Origin: an uncultured Pseudomonadota bacterium | GTDB lineage: Bacteria; Pseudomonadota; Alphaproteobacteria; Rhizobiales; Beijerinckiaceae | DNA length: 64,000 nt | Direction of reading: 5' to 3' | Assembly: GCA_963771455.1 (NCBI GenBank) | Contig: CAVYTP010000006.1 | Coordinates: forward strand, 143,410 to 207,409 | Shown here: piece after piece, positions 45,103-54,963 of the stretch | Layout of the letters: each line of letters opens with the position of its first letter | How positions within the stretch are numbered: position 1 is the stretch's first letter | The notes under the pieces: generated by a model | The model's input: the letters and a program-made list of their open reading frames with translations, nothing else | Told to the model about the DNA's origin: nothing | Database searches by the model: none | Program-made: the position numbers and the translations under genes

Positions 45103-45861
45103 ATGTGGAAGCTCGCCAATCCCTCGAACTTTCTGGCGTTCGTGCGCCGCGTGCTGCCCTTTCTCTGGGCGGCCACGCTGGTTGCGTTTGGCGTCGGCCT
45201 CTGGATGGCGATGGCGGCGCCGCCCGACTATCAGCAGGGCGAGACTGTCAAGATCATGTACATCCACGTGCCAGCCGCGTGGCTCGCAAGCTTTATCTAT
45301 GCCGTGATGGCGGTCGCTAGCCTCGGCACGCTGGTCTGGCGCCACCCGCTCGCCGATGCGGCGCAGAAGGCGGCCGCGCCGCTCGGCGCAGGCTTCACCT
45401 TCATCTGCCTCGTCACCGGCTCGCTGTGGGGCAAGCCGATGTGGGGGACATATTGGGTCTGGGACGCGCGCCTGACTTCGGTGTTGGTCCTGTTCATCCT
45501 CTATCTCGGGCTCATCGCGTTGTGGCGGTCGATCGACGACCCCGGCAAGGCTGCGCGGGCGGCGGCGATTCTGACGCTGGTCGGCAGCGTCAATCTGCCG
45601 ATCATCAAGTTTTCGGTCGACTGGTGGAACACGCTGCATCAACCGGCATCCGTGTTCCGGCTCGGCGGCCCGACGATCGCCCGCGAGTTACTGTGGCCGC
45701 TGCTGGTGATGGCGATCGCCTTCACCCTATTGTTCGTATGCTTGCACCTGATGTCGATCCGCAACGAAATTCTCAGGCGGCGGTTGGCGCGACTGACAAT
45801 GATCGCGGCAGCGGAAGGTGACGCGCTGGCGACGATGGCCAGACCGGAGCCAGCCCGCTGA
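45103..45861 (+). CDS. ccmC: Heme exporter protein C
   Basis: IMYIHVP, WGKPMWGTYWVWDARLTS (WWD motif), WWNTLHQ. Confidence 0.96.
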   Translation: MWKLANPSNFLAFVRRVLPFLWAATLVAFGVGLWMAMAAPPDYQQGETVKIMYIHVPAAWLASFIYAVMAVASLGTLVWRHPLADAAQKAAAPLGAGFTFICLVTGSLWGKPMWGTYWVWDARLTSVLVLFILYLGLIALWRSIDDPGKAARAAAILTLVGSVNLPIIKFSVDWWNTLHQPASVFRLGGPTIARELLWPLLVMAIAFTLLFVCLHLMSIRNEILRRRLARLTMIAAAEGDALATMARPEPAR

Positions 45862-46013
45862 TGTCCGCCATACCGCATATCGAAATGATCGTCGCCGCCT
45901 ACGCGGTCGCGGCCATCACGATCGCGCTGATGATCGCCTACGTCTGGCTCGACTATCGCGTTCTGAGCAACGCGGTCGCGAAACTCGAACGCGGCGAGGG
46001 ACGCGCCCCGTGA
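45861..46013 (+). CDS. ccmD: Heme exporter protein D
   Basis: Manually translated 50 aa MSAIPHIEMIVAAYAVAAITIALMIAYVWLDYR...; lies between ccmC and ccmG. Confidence 0.8.
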   Translation: MSAIPHIEMIVAAYAVAAITIALMIAYVWLDYRVLSNAVAKLERGEGRAP

Positions 46014-46591
46014 CTGAAACCGTGGTTTCCCGCAGGCGCCGGTTCGGACTGGCCGCGCTGCCGCTAATCGCTTTCCTGGCGCTTGGCGGGCTGCTGCTCG
46101 CCCGCCTCGCCGCTGGCGATGCGTCCCGGTTGCCTTCAGCTCTGGTCGGCCAGCCTGCGCCGAAACTGGAACTCGCAGGCCTGCAGGGCGGAGTGGGCAT
46201 TGCGGACGCGGACTTGCGGACTGGGCACGTGAAGCTGGTGAACATCTTTGCGTCGTGGTGTCAGCCCTGCCACGTTGAACATGAATTCCTGATGGCGTTA
46301 TCCCGGGACCCGGACCTGAAGGCGAAGGGCGTCGAAATCCTGGGCGTCGCGCAGAAGGACTCCGCTGAAAACATTAAACATTTCCTTAGCTCCGCCGGCG
46401 ACCCCTACGCGAAGATCGGCCTCGATCCCGACAATCGGGCAGGAATCGACTGGGGCGTCTATGGCGTACCAGAGACCTTTGTCGTTCGCGGTGATGGGGT
46501 AGTCGCCTACAAGTTTGTGGGCCCAATGAACGCGGACTCCATCGAAACAACCCTCAAGCCTGAAATTTTGAAGGCGGTCGGTCCCGGTTGA
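46010..46591 (+). CDS. ccmG: Cytochrome c biogenesis thiol-disulfide oxidoreductase CcmG/DsbE
   Basis: LPSALVG, NIFASWCQPC, WGVYGVPETF. Confidence 0.93.
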   Translation: MTETVVSRRRRFGLAALPLIAFLALGGLLLARLAAGDASRLPSALVGQPAPKLELAGLQGGVGIADADLRTGHVKLVNIFASWCQPCHVEHEFLMALSRDPDLKAKGVEILGVAQKDSAENIKHFLSSAGDPYAKIGLDPDNRAGIDWGVYGVPETFVVRGDGVVAYKFVGPMNADSIETTLKPEILKAVGPG

Positions 46592-46795
46592 ACCCAGCAA
46601 GGCGGCCGAGGCTGAAGCCGTTAGCGCCTGAAGCGATACGAGACATCTCGCCTGCCACAAATCCGCCGTCGTTAAGCCGGCTCCGGGGCAAACCCGATGA
46701 GGAACTTTTAGGCGGCTGTAGCGTTCTATTTACCGGAAAAACAACTTGCGCGCGAAGCTGGTGCTCGGACGATGCGAGTTATGCATTTGTTTCCA

Positions 46796-46809
46796 TTGAT
46801 ATTTATAAA
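46796..46809. promoter_or_regulatory. FNR/FixK-like box upstream of phaZ
   Basis: TTGAT-ATTT-ATAAA, one mismatch to TTGAT-N4-ATCAA. Confidence 0.35.
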
Positions 46810-47030
46810 ACGCGCAACCGCTGGGTGGCAAAATCGAGGAATGTAAGTAAGACCAAATCATAACGTCTATCGCCTAGACATAGGGCGCCAATCGCGCCAT
46901 TTCTTGGGCAAATCCAACGATTTCTATGCACTGTTAACGGATCGCGCTTTGGTTTCGATGTAAACTTCGGGTAAGGTTACGAGCTGACATTCCAGTTGAG
47001 AAGATCGCCGGATGGGAATCGAGGACGGTT

Positions 47031-48320
47031 ATGTTGCGAGCTAACCCCTATCAGTATCAGTTTTATGAAATGGCTCACGCCGCACTCGCACCTGCGCGCT
47101 TGCTCTCCGACGCCGCCCATTTCGCCTTTCGCAATCCGTTCAACCCGCTTTCGATGACGCCATTCGGCAAGAACGTCGCGGCGGGCGCAGAGTTGTTCGA
47201 GCGCATCACTCGCCGTTACGGCAAGCCACTTTTTGGCCTCGATACGACCCTCGTCGACGGGGTCACTCACAACGTGCTCGAAGAGGTCGTTTGGTCGAAG
47301 CCGTTTTGCAATCTGCTCCACTTCGTGCGCCCCACCGTTCCCGATCATGAAAGTCAGCCAAAGCTGCTGATCGTCGCGCCAATGTCGGGCCATTACGCGA
47401 CGCTGCTGCGCGGAACCGTCGAAGCGTTCCTGCCTACCCACCGCGTCTACATCACCGATTGGACGGATGCGCGCATGGCTCCGCTTGCGGCCGGCGCTTT
47501 CGACCTCGACGACTACATCGACTATTTGAAGGAAATGCTCGAGGCGCTGGGTCCGGGCACACATACGCTCGGCGTCTGCCAGCCGTCTGTTCCGTTGATC
47601 GCCGCTGTCGCGCTGATGGAAGCGGAAGGAAACCCGGCCTCCCCCGCGACTATGACTCTCATGGGCGGCCCGATCGACACGCGGCGAAGCCCGACGGCGG
47701 TCAACCAGCTCGCCGAAAAGCGCGGTGTCGAGTGGTTTCGCAGCAATTGCCTGCAGACCGTTCCCTACCCTCATCCGGGCTTCGGCCGCAGCGTCTATCC
47801 CGGCTATCTGCAGCTCTCGGGCTTCATGGCGATGAACCTCGATCGCCACGTCAACGCGCATCTCTCGATGTTCAATCATCTCGTCAAGGGGGACGGCGAT
47901 TCCGCGGAAAAGCATCGCGAGTTCTATGACGAATATTTGGCCGTGATGGACCTCACTGCCGAATACTACATGCAGACGATTGAGACCGTGTTTGTCCGCC
48001 ATTTGTTGCCGAAAGGCGAAATGAAGCATCGCGGCGCGCCGGTTGATCTTGGCGCAATCCGCCGTTGCGGTCTGATGACTGTCGAGGGCGAAAATGACGA
48101 CATTTCTGGCGTAGGGCAGACCCAGGCGGCCCAGGATCTGTGCGTCAACATCCCGCCCGCGCTGAAGCAGCACTACCTGCAGCTCGGCGTTGGACATTAC
48201 GGTGTATTCAACGGCTCAAAGTTTCGTTCGCAGATTGCGCCGCGAATCGTGGACTTTCACGCGGCGGTTGACGCGCGTCCGCTCGGTCGCCACATCGAGC
48301 GGAAAATGGCGGCGGAATAA
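47031..48320 (+). CDS. phaZ: Intracellular PHB depolymerase
   Basis: VAPMSGHYATLLR, VYITDW.DAR, GVCQP, GGPID, VEGE.DDISG.GQT, GHYGVFNG. Confidence 0.94.
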   Translation: MLRANPYQYQFYEMAHAALAPARLLSDAAHFAFRNPFNPLSMTPFGKNVAAGAELFERITRRYGKPLFGLDTTLVDGVTHNVLEEVVWSKPFCNLLHFVRPTVPDHESQPKLLIVAPMSGHYATLLRGTVEAFLPTHRVYITDWTDARMAPLAAGAFDLDDYIDYLKEMLEALGPGTHTLGVCQPSVPLIAAVALMEAEGNPASPATMTLMGGPIDTRRSPTAVNQLAEKRGVEWFRSNCLQTVPYPHPGFGRSVYPGYLQLSGFMAMNLDRHVNAHLSMFNHLVKGDGDSAEKHREFYDEYLAVMDLTAEYYMQTIETVFVRHLLPKGEMKHRGAPVDLGAIRRCGLMTVEGENDDISGVGQTQAAQDLCVNIPPALKQHYLQLGVGHYGVFNGSKFRSQIAPRIVDFHAAVDARPLGRHIERKMAAE

Positions 48321-48331
48321 AGCGGTTTCGA

Positions 48332-48781
48332 TCAGATGTGGTAGGTGAGCGCCTCGTCGCTCGGCTCGGCGGTTTGCCGGAGTTCGGCCAACGACCGAGC
48401 GTCGAGGATGGCGGCGATCGAGTCGCGGACTTGCGCCATGACCAACCTGACCGGGCAGGGCTTGTCCATCGCGCAGTCCTCGCAGCGACGAAATGAGGTT
48501 CGACTTGCGCAGCCGATGGGCGCAAGCGGGCCATCCAGCGAGCGGATGATTGAGCCGACCATGATTTCGGTCGAAGGCCTCGCGAGGACATAGCCGCCAC
48601 CGCGGCCCTTCTTCGAGTGCACGAAGCCAGCGGTGCGCAATTCTCCGAGAATGGCGTCGAGAAACTTCTTTGGGATGCTGTTAATTTCGGCGATATCGGC
48701 CACAAGCGCAGGCTGGCCGGGCGCCATGCCGGCGAGATGCACCATAGCCTTGAGCCCGTATTTTCCTTTGTTCGTCAACAT
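48332..48781 (-). CDS. Rrf2 family transcriptional regulator
   Basis: LTNKGKYGLKAM, S.KG.GGGY, DGPLAPI.C...C.DC....C. Confidence 0.92.
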   Translation of the reverse strand: MLTNKGKYGLKAMVHLAGMAPGQPALVADIAEINSIPKKFLDAILGELRTAGFVHSKKGRGGGYVLARPSTEIMVGSIIRSLDGPLAPIGCASRTSFRRCEDCAMDKPCPVRLVMAQVRDSIAAILDARSLAELRQTAEPSDEALTYHI

Positions 48782-48962
48782 CTCGACAAAAACCCTCGAC
48801 CGGGTGGTCTAAGCCGGCCGGTCCTACATTTAGGGCGCGGCGGGGCCTGCGTCCACGGTGCGGGGCGTCAATTTCGGGCGTTTACCGACTTTCGTCCTTT
48901 CGCTCGCCCAAGGCCCCCCCTCAGGTATGCTTCTCCTTGAGAGATCTCTCGCCAGGGGCAAG

Positions 48963-49481
48963 ATGTTGCGCCGACTTCTTATGATCACCTCCGTCGCGAC
49001 CGTCCTGTCGGCGGTCTATGCCGCGCCCTCGAGCGCGACGCCTTCGCTCGTCGCGTACGACGCGCCCTATCCGGCAGGGACAATTGTCATCAGCCAGCAT
49101 GCGCGCCGGCTTTATCTTGTCACTTCCACCGGCGAGGCGATCGCCTATCCGGTCGCGGTCGCCAAGCACGGCAAGGAGTGGCAAGGGTTTGCGCGTGTCG
49201 ACGGCAAATTTGTCGAGCCGGCCTGGTCGCCTCCGGAAGAGGTCAAGCGCGACCATCCCTCGATGCCAGATGTGATCGCCGGCGGTTCGCCTCACAATCC
49301 GATGGGCGCCCGCGCGATCACGCTCGATCGCAATCAGGTCGCTATCCACGGCACCACTTCGTCGATGCGCGCGTCTGTCGGAACTGCGGCGTCCTATGGC
49401 TGCATCCGCATGTACAACGAAGATGTAATCGACCTCTACGACCGCGTGCGGATCGGCGCGACCGTGCTGATGAGCGACTGA
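48963..49481 (+). CDS. L,D-transpeptidase (YkuD/ErfK family)
   Basis: NPMGARA, IHGT, ASYGCIRM.NEDVIDLY. Confidence 0.92.
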   Translation: MLRRLLMITSVATVLSAVYAAPSSATPSLVAYDAPYPAGTIVISQHARRLYLVTSTGEAIAYPVAVAKHGKEWQGFARVDGKFVEPAWSPPEEVKRDHPSMPDVIAGGSPHNPMGARAITLDRNQVAIHGTTSSMRASVGTAASYGCIRMYNEDVIDLYDRVRIGATVLMSD

Positions 49482-49500
49482 ACGGGCTCGCGACGCAGCG

Positions 49501-51171
49501 CTAAACCGCCGACTCTTGCGCCGGATGGGAGTGCCTGTGGAATTTCTGCCACGGCCGGCGCAAGCGTTTGGCTGCGATCAGGAACTCGACCTTAGGCGGT
49601 TCCTTCAGAAATGCGAGCGCTTGTTCCTGCATCAGTTGATCGGCCTTCGTGATGCGGGCTCGGGCATACTCGAATTCGAGATAGGATTGCAGCAGCGCCG
49701 TTTCTACTACCCTGCCGCTTTTCGAAGGGTCCTCAAACACGTTCCACGCAAAAGCGCCGTCACGCCGTCGCTCCCGACCGATTTCCTGCATCAGTTCGAG
49801 GAACGGTTCGCGATCCTTCAGATCAATCAAGTATTCAACCGTGATCAGAATGGGGCCATGCTGGCCTCGCATCTGGTCGGCGAACGCCGGCTTGTTCCAA
49901 TGCAACGCTGGCGTGAGGTCCGCGGTCGCCGAGGTTTGCAATTTCCAACCCCAAGACAGAACCATCCCGACGAACATGCAGATGGCGGAAACGTAGAGCG
50001 CTGAAGGAATGCCGAAGCGGCTCGCCACGCCTCCCCAAACCGCGCTGCCGAATGTGAGTGCGCCAAAATAAACCGTCAGGAAAACGGCGAGGCCACGCCC
50101 GCGCACCCACTCCGGCAGCGACACCTGCATCGACATGAACATCACGGTCACGACGATGATCCACGCGCCGCCGGCTATGAAACTCGCCAGGAAAGCGACA
50201 GCCGGGCCGCGCGCGCCGGCAAATAGCAGGGTGCCGATAATGGTCCCGATCGTCCCGATCGCCGCAAGCTGATTGGCGTCAAACCGGTCCTTGAGCCGCG
50301 CGAGGCCGTAGGAAGCCGCGATCGAGCCAATGCCGATCAGACCCATCAGCGCGCCGAAAATCTCCGGGCCATCATGGAGTTGCTTGCGGGCGATAAGCGG
50401 CAGCAGCGCCGAGTAGGCGCAGCCGAACGGGAAAAACGCCAGCGTTCTGATCAGCGTCGCATCGACGGACGGACTGTAGCGCGCATAACGCAACCCAGAT
50501 CGCATGGCGCTGAACAGTCGCTCGGCCGGCAGCGGGTCGGCGTCGCGCGGCGGAGGGCGCCACCAGATCAGCGCGCTGACGATGCCGATAAAGCTCACCG
50601 CATTGATCCAGAACGGAAACTCGACGCCAAAAGCCGCGATCGCAACGCCGCCGACTGCGGGTCCAATCGCGCGGCTCAGGTTGTAACTCGCGTTGTTGAT
50701 CGCGATCGCTTCACTCAATTGATCGGGGTGCACCAGCTTTGGCGCAATCATTTGCCAGGCGGGCGCGCCGAGCGCGCCGCCGACGCCGAGCAGGAAAGTC
50801 GCCACGAGCAGGAGCATCGGCGTATGTACGTTGAGCCAGATTGCGGTGGCGAAACCGAAGGCGACAATCGCGACGAATACCTGCACGACGATCAGCAGTT
50901 TTCGAGGATCGATGATATCGGCGAGAGCGCCAGCAGGAAGAGTCAGCAGGAACATCGGCAGCGTGATCGCCAGCTGCACCATCGACACCATGAAAGGATC
51001 GGGGTTGATGGTCGTCATCAGCCAGCTGGTGCCGGTGTCGAACATCGCATCGCCGACCGTCGAGACCGCACTGGCGATGAGAATGACCGTGAAAGCTGCG
51101 CTTGCAAAAACGCCCCAACGCGACTTCGGCGTCGCATTTGCCGCGTCCGCATCCATGCCTTCGAGCCCCAA
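49501..51171 (-). CDS. MFS_3 (transmembrane secretion effector-like) transporter
   Basis: LPAGALADI.D.R, APAWQ..P.LV, RAIGPA.GG, LP.WVRGRG, C-terminal RRRDGA..W domain. Confidence 0.88.
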   Translation of the reverse strand: MGLEGMDADAANATPKSRWGVFASAAFTVILIASAVSTVGDAMFDTGTSWLMTTINPDPFMVSMVQLAITLPMFLLTLPAGALADIIDPRKLLIVVQVFVAIVAFGFATAIWLNVHTPMLLLVATFLLGVGGALGAPAWQMIAPKLVHPDQLSEAIAINNASYNLSRAIGPAVGGVAIAAFGVEFPFWINAVSFIGIVSALIWWRPPPRDADPLPAERLFSAMRSGLRYARYSPSVDATLIRTLAFFPFGCAYSALLPLIARKQLHDGPEIFGALMGLIGIGSIAASYGLARLKDRFDANQLAAIGTIGTIIGTLLFAGARGPAVAFLASFIAGGAWIIVVTVMFMSMQVSLPEWVRGRGLAVFLTVYFGALTFGSAVWGGVASRFGIPSALYVSAICMFVGMVLSWGWKLQTSATADLTPALHWNKPAFADQMRGQHGPILITVEYLIDLKDREPFLELMQEIGRERRRDGAFAWNVFEDPSKSGRVVETALLQSYLEFEYARARITKADQLMQEQALAFLKEPPKVEFLIAAKRLRRPWQKFHRHSHPAQESAV

Positions 51172-51232
51172 CCGTTAGACCATAACGCCTAACATGCGTC
51201 CGTGCCGAAAGGAACGACTTCGCCGCTACCCG

Positions 51233-52003
51233 TCACGCTTCGGCGGAAAGCAGCGTCGCGAGGTACGGGCGTTGGGACAAGGCTTCTGCGTTCAGACGCG
51301 CGCAGCCGGATTCGATCGCGTCCTGCAATCGCACGCTGAACGCCTGGCGTTCGAGCCCAGGCGGGATGACTGGCAGATACTCGATGATAGCAACTCCTGG
51401 TCGACGCAGAAACCCGCGCCGGCCCCAGAACAAACCGGTGTTCAGCGCGACAGGCAGACAGGGCGCCCCGCTCGACTCGTACAGCACTGCGACGCCGATC
51501 TTGTAGGCTGGGGGCGCCCCCGGCGCACGGCGCGTCCCCTCCGGAAAGATGTAAACCTGCCGTCCATCGCGCAGCACTTTGCCGGCCTCTTCGGTGATCT
51601 GCGCCAGAGCCGAATGACCTTTGGCCCGATCGATCCCGATCTGTTTCGACACCATCAGATACATGCCGAAAAAGGGAATGTAGTTTAGTTGCCGTTTTAG
51701 AATGATGGCGAAATCGGGCGTATGCCGCAGCAGCGCGAATGTTTCCAAGAAGGATTGATGCTTGGAGGCGAGAATATAACCGCCGCTCGGTATGTTCTCG
51801 AGGCCTCGGTATTCGACCTTCAGCCCGCAGATCCATCGGGCAGTCAGCATCGACCATTCGCCCCAAGTCCGCGCCAACATGAATACGCCGTGGCGTCCCA
51901 ACAAAACCATCGGAAGTCCGACGATCATCAGGACGATCAGCGAAATATAAAATACGAAATTATAGAGGAGGGAACGAATTACAAGCAAAAGCGACCCCTT
52001 CAC
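51233..52003 (-). CDS. plsC: 1-acyl-sn-glycerol-3-phosphate acyltransferase
   Basis: KHQS..ET and IFPEGTR motifs; downstream of ftsX. Confidence 0.9.
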   Translation of the reverse strand: MKGSLLLVIRSLLYNFVFYISLIVLMIVGLPMVLLGRHGVFMLARTWGEWSMLTARWICGLKVEYRGLENIPSGGYILASKHQSFLETFALLRHTPDFAIILKRQLNYIPFFGMYLMVSKQIGIDRAKGHSALAQITEEAGKVLRDGRQVYIFPEGTRRAPGAPPAYKIGVAVLYESSGAPCLPVALNTGLFWGRRGFLRRPGVAIIEYLPVIPPGLERQAFSVRLQDAIESGCARLNAEALSQRPYLATLLSAEA

Positions 52004-52022
52004 CTTTTCTAGTGTTTCGCGG

Positions 52023-52979
52023 TCACAGATCGCGCAAATGCCTCAGCACAATCCAGCGCGAGATATAGGCCGTCAGCAGCGCGATACCAACGCTGATCAC
52101 GCACAATCCGAGATAGCCCATTAAATCCAGGGAGAACGCGCCGAACAACGCGGCGACCTCGGCTCCGCCCGGCGAGTTTCGCCACCATAGGGACATCAGG
52201 TTCGCCGCCAGGAAGCCTAGCAGCGCAACGCCGCCGCCCGCGAGCGCGCCCCGGCTGCCGAGCTGCAGGAAATGATGTTGAAACTGCTGAGCTATGAACG
52301 TGTTGGAGGCGCCGACAAAATGTAGAACTTCAATAATCTCGCGACTATTGGCGACCGCGCCGCGAGTGGCGAAGCCCACCGCTGTCGTCATCGCCAGGAT
52401 CACCAGCAGGAACACCGCAATGGCGAAGCTCACCACCAAATTCGCCATGGCGGTCAAACGCTTGAGCCAGGCCGTGTGATCATCGAGGCTCGCCTGCGGG
52501 GCCACCGCGCCTAGCGCCTGTCGCAACGGCGCAAGGTCGCCCTCCTGGTTCGCCTTCATGGTCACCGCCACCAAGCGAGGAACCGGAAGCCTGGAAAGAT
52601 CGAGCCCGCCGCCAAACCAGGGCGCAAGTAGCGCCTCCGTCTCTTCGAGCGAGAGCACATGCGCTTCCGCCACACCCGGAGCGGCGAGTGCGGCGTCGGC
52701 GACTTTCGCCAGCAGGGCTTTGGCGTCGTCACCCGCCTTTGGTCGAACTTGAATGGTGACGGTTTGCGAAACACTGCTGCGCCACGACTGAGCCGCCTCG
52801 CCGATGAGGATCGCCGTCCCCGCCGTCAGGCAGGCCAGGAAGGTCATGATCGCGATCACGACCACCAGAGCGCGCCCCGCTACGGTTTCGGCCGGTATCA
52901 GCGGCGTCGAACGCGCGCGCAACGCGGGATGCGACTTTACCGCATCGTCCGATTCCAAGGCTGACGTCCCCTCCGTCAT
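52023..52979 (-). CDS. ftsX: Cell division permease FtsX
   Basis: IAIMTFLA, LP.P.L, LDDH..W, IEVLHFVGA...FIA..F. Confidence 0.9.
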   Translation of the reverse strand: MTEGTSALESDDAVKSHPALRARSTPLIPAETVAGRALVVVIAIMTFLACLTAGTAILIGEAAQSWRSSVSQTVTIQVRPKAGDDAKALLAKVADAALAAPGVAEAHVLSLEETEALLAPWFGGGLDLSRLPVPRLVAVTMKANQEGDLAPLRQALGAVAPQASLDDHTAWLKRLTAMANLVVSFAIAVFLLVILAMTTAVGFATRGAVANSREIIEVLHFVGASNTFIAQQFQHHFLQLGSRGALAGGGVALLGFLAANLMSLWWRNSPGGAEVAALFGAFSLDLMGYLGLCVISVGIALLTAYISRWIVLRHLRDL

Positions 52980-53651
52980 TCGGCATCCGGCTCCAGAACT
53001 TCCACCCTTCTGTCCTCCAGAAACAGACGGCGCGCCATGGGCGCCAGATCCATCAGCGCGAGATCGTGTGTCGCAATCACCACAGCCGTGCCCGACTTGT
53101 GCAATTCGACGAACAGGCGAAGCAACCGCCTTGCCATCACCGGATCGACGTTGCCGGTCGGCTCATCGGCCAGCAATAATTCGGGCCTTGCGATGAGCGC
53201 GCGCGCAATTGCCGCGCGCTGCTTTTCACCGCCGGAAAGGACCGCCGGCGGCGCGTGGATGCGTTCTCCGAGGCCAACCCAATCCAGCAATTCCACGACT
53301 TCGTTGCGATATTGAGCTTCGGATCGACCGGTGACTCTCAACGGAAGCGCCACGTTTTCATAAGTCGTCAGATGATCCAGCAGGCGAAAATCCTGAAACA
53401 CGACACCTATCCGCCGCCTGACTTTCGTCAGGGCGGGCTTGTCGAGTTCCGTAGCGTCGTCGCCAAAGATTCGGATGACGCCGCGAGACGGCTTCAATGA
53501 CAGCAACATCAGTCTCAGCAGAGTGGTTTTTCCGGCGCCTGAAGGTCCGGTCAAGAAATTGAAAACTCTGCGGCGGAATTGAGAAATTCAGATCCTCAAG
53601 GATGTCCGGACCTACTCCGTAGCGAAGCCCAACATTTTCGAAACGAATCAC
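52976..53651 (-). CDS. ftsE: Cell division ATP-binding protein FtsE (frameshift near 53555)
   Basis: IRFENVGLRYG, GPSGAGKT, VFQDFRLL, LSGGEKQR, LADEPTGNVD. Confidence 0.93.
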
Positions 53652-53681
53652 TGGCGATCTCAGCTCATTCCTGGGGTCGGC

Positions 53682-53697
53682 TTAACTCGCAATTAAC
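53682..53697 (+). promoter_or_regulatory. CtrA-binding site between ftsE and the divergent DUF3426 gene
   Basis: Perfect TTAA-CTCGCAA-TTAAC. Confidence 0.75.
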
Positions 53698-53860
53698 TGT
53701 AAGAGTAGCCAATTGCCTGGCGCTTGGCTTGGTCTGGCTTCGGACCGAACGTCAATCACATTGGGCGGGCCTCGCGTCTGGGTCGCGGATACCATTTCCT
53801 ACGGCGCCTGTCTCGGCAGCCCGCGGCGGATTTGGGTCTGAAGAAGGAGTTGAATATCCG

Positions 53861-54394
53861 ATGTCGCAAGCCGCGCTCGCGCTGCCCGGGAAAGCTACGC
53901 CCGAACGCGTCGACCCGTTCGCATGGCGTAGTCAAAGGCAGCGTACCGCGCCTGGGACGATCGAAACGAGAGGGGCCGTTCCGCGCCGCCGCGCGAAGAT
54001 CATGTTCGCTCTGGCGATCGCGATCGCGATGTTTGGCCTCGGCAAACTCGCCTATCGTGTCGCACCCGTTGTTCAGCCAATCCTGGCGTCGCTTTCGCCT
54101 TCATGGATCACGCCTGCAGTGCGAATCGAAAATGTCTCGAGCCGACTTATCGACAACGGACACACGCTGCTCGTCGAGGGAACGGTCGTCAATAGGTCCG
54201 GCCGCACCCTCAGCCCGCCGATGCTGAGACTCGCGATACGTGCGGCCGACGCATCTGAAATTTTCGTCTGGACCGTTCGTCCCGTCGATGCGCATCTTGC
54301 GCCGGACGGGCGAACCCGCTTCTCCTCGCGACTCGCGGCGCCGCCGACCGGGGGCGTCGAGGTGACGGTCGCCATGCAACCCGCGGGCGAATAG
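53861..54394 (+). CDS. DUF3426-like (Ig-like C-terminal domain) membrane protein
   Basis: AAGGAG RBS, TM helix, L.VEG.V.N......P.L...R......WT.....L.P.....F..RL..PP; divergent from ftsE. Confidence 0.7.
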   Translation: MSQAALALPGKATPERVDPFAWRSQRQRTAPGTIETRGAVPRRRAKIMFALAIAIAMFGLGKLAYRVAPVVQPILASLSPSWITPAVRIENVSSRLIDNGHTLLVEGTVVNRSGRTLSPPMLRLAIRAADASEIFVWTVRPVDAHLAPDGRTRFSSRLAAPPTGGVEVTVAMQPAGE

Positions 54395-54411
54395 GCGCGA
54401 CGAAGGCTGGC

Positions 54412-54963
54412 TTGATGAGCAAGGAACGCAAGGTCGAGACCCTCTACGACGAGGGCGTGATCGCTGAACGGGTGGAGAGCCTCGCGAAGGATATCGCGGC
54501 GACAGGCCCCAAGAACCTGCTGGTTGTCGCTATCCTCAAAGGCTCGTTCATGTTCGCAGCCGATTTGCTGCGCGCCATGCACCGCGCCCACTTGTCGCCC
54601 AACGTCGAGTTCTTCCACCTATCAAGCTATCGCGAAGGCACCGTCTCAAGCGGAACGGTCGCCATTTTGCGCGACATCGAATCCTCAGTGCGCGGTCGTG
54701 ACGTTCTGCTCGTAGACGACATCCTAGAATCTGGTCGCACCCTCGCGTTCGCCAAAGACCTGCTTTCGGCGCGCGGCGCCAACAAGGTGATGGTCTGCGC
54801 GCTGCTCGAGAAGCCGGGCAAAAAGGAAGTTGATGTGAAGGCCGACTTTGTCGGGTTCGTCTGCCCTGATTTGTTTGTCGTTGGCTACGGGATGGACGTC
54901 GCGCATGCGTATCGAGAGCTGCCCTTCATCGGTCACGTCGTGACCGAAGGGGACGCCGCGTGA
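54412..54963 (+). CDS. hpt: Hypoxanthine phosphoribosyltransferase
   Basis: ILKGSFMFAADL, LSSY, VLLVDDILESGRT, FVVGYGMD. Confidence 0.95.
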   Translation: MMSKERKVETLYDEGVIAERVESLAKDIAATGPKNLLVVAILKGSFMFAADLLRAMHRAHLSPNVEFFHLSSYREGTVSSGTVAILRDIESSVRGRDVLLVDDILESGRTLAFAKDLLSARGANKVMVCALLEKPGKKEVDVKADFVGFVCPDLFVVGYGMDVAHAYRELPFIGHVVTEGDAA

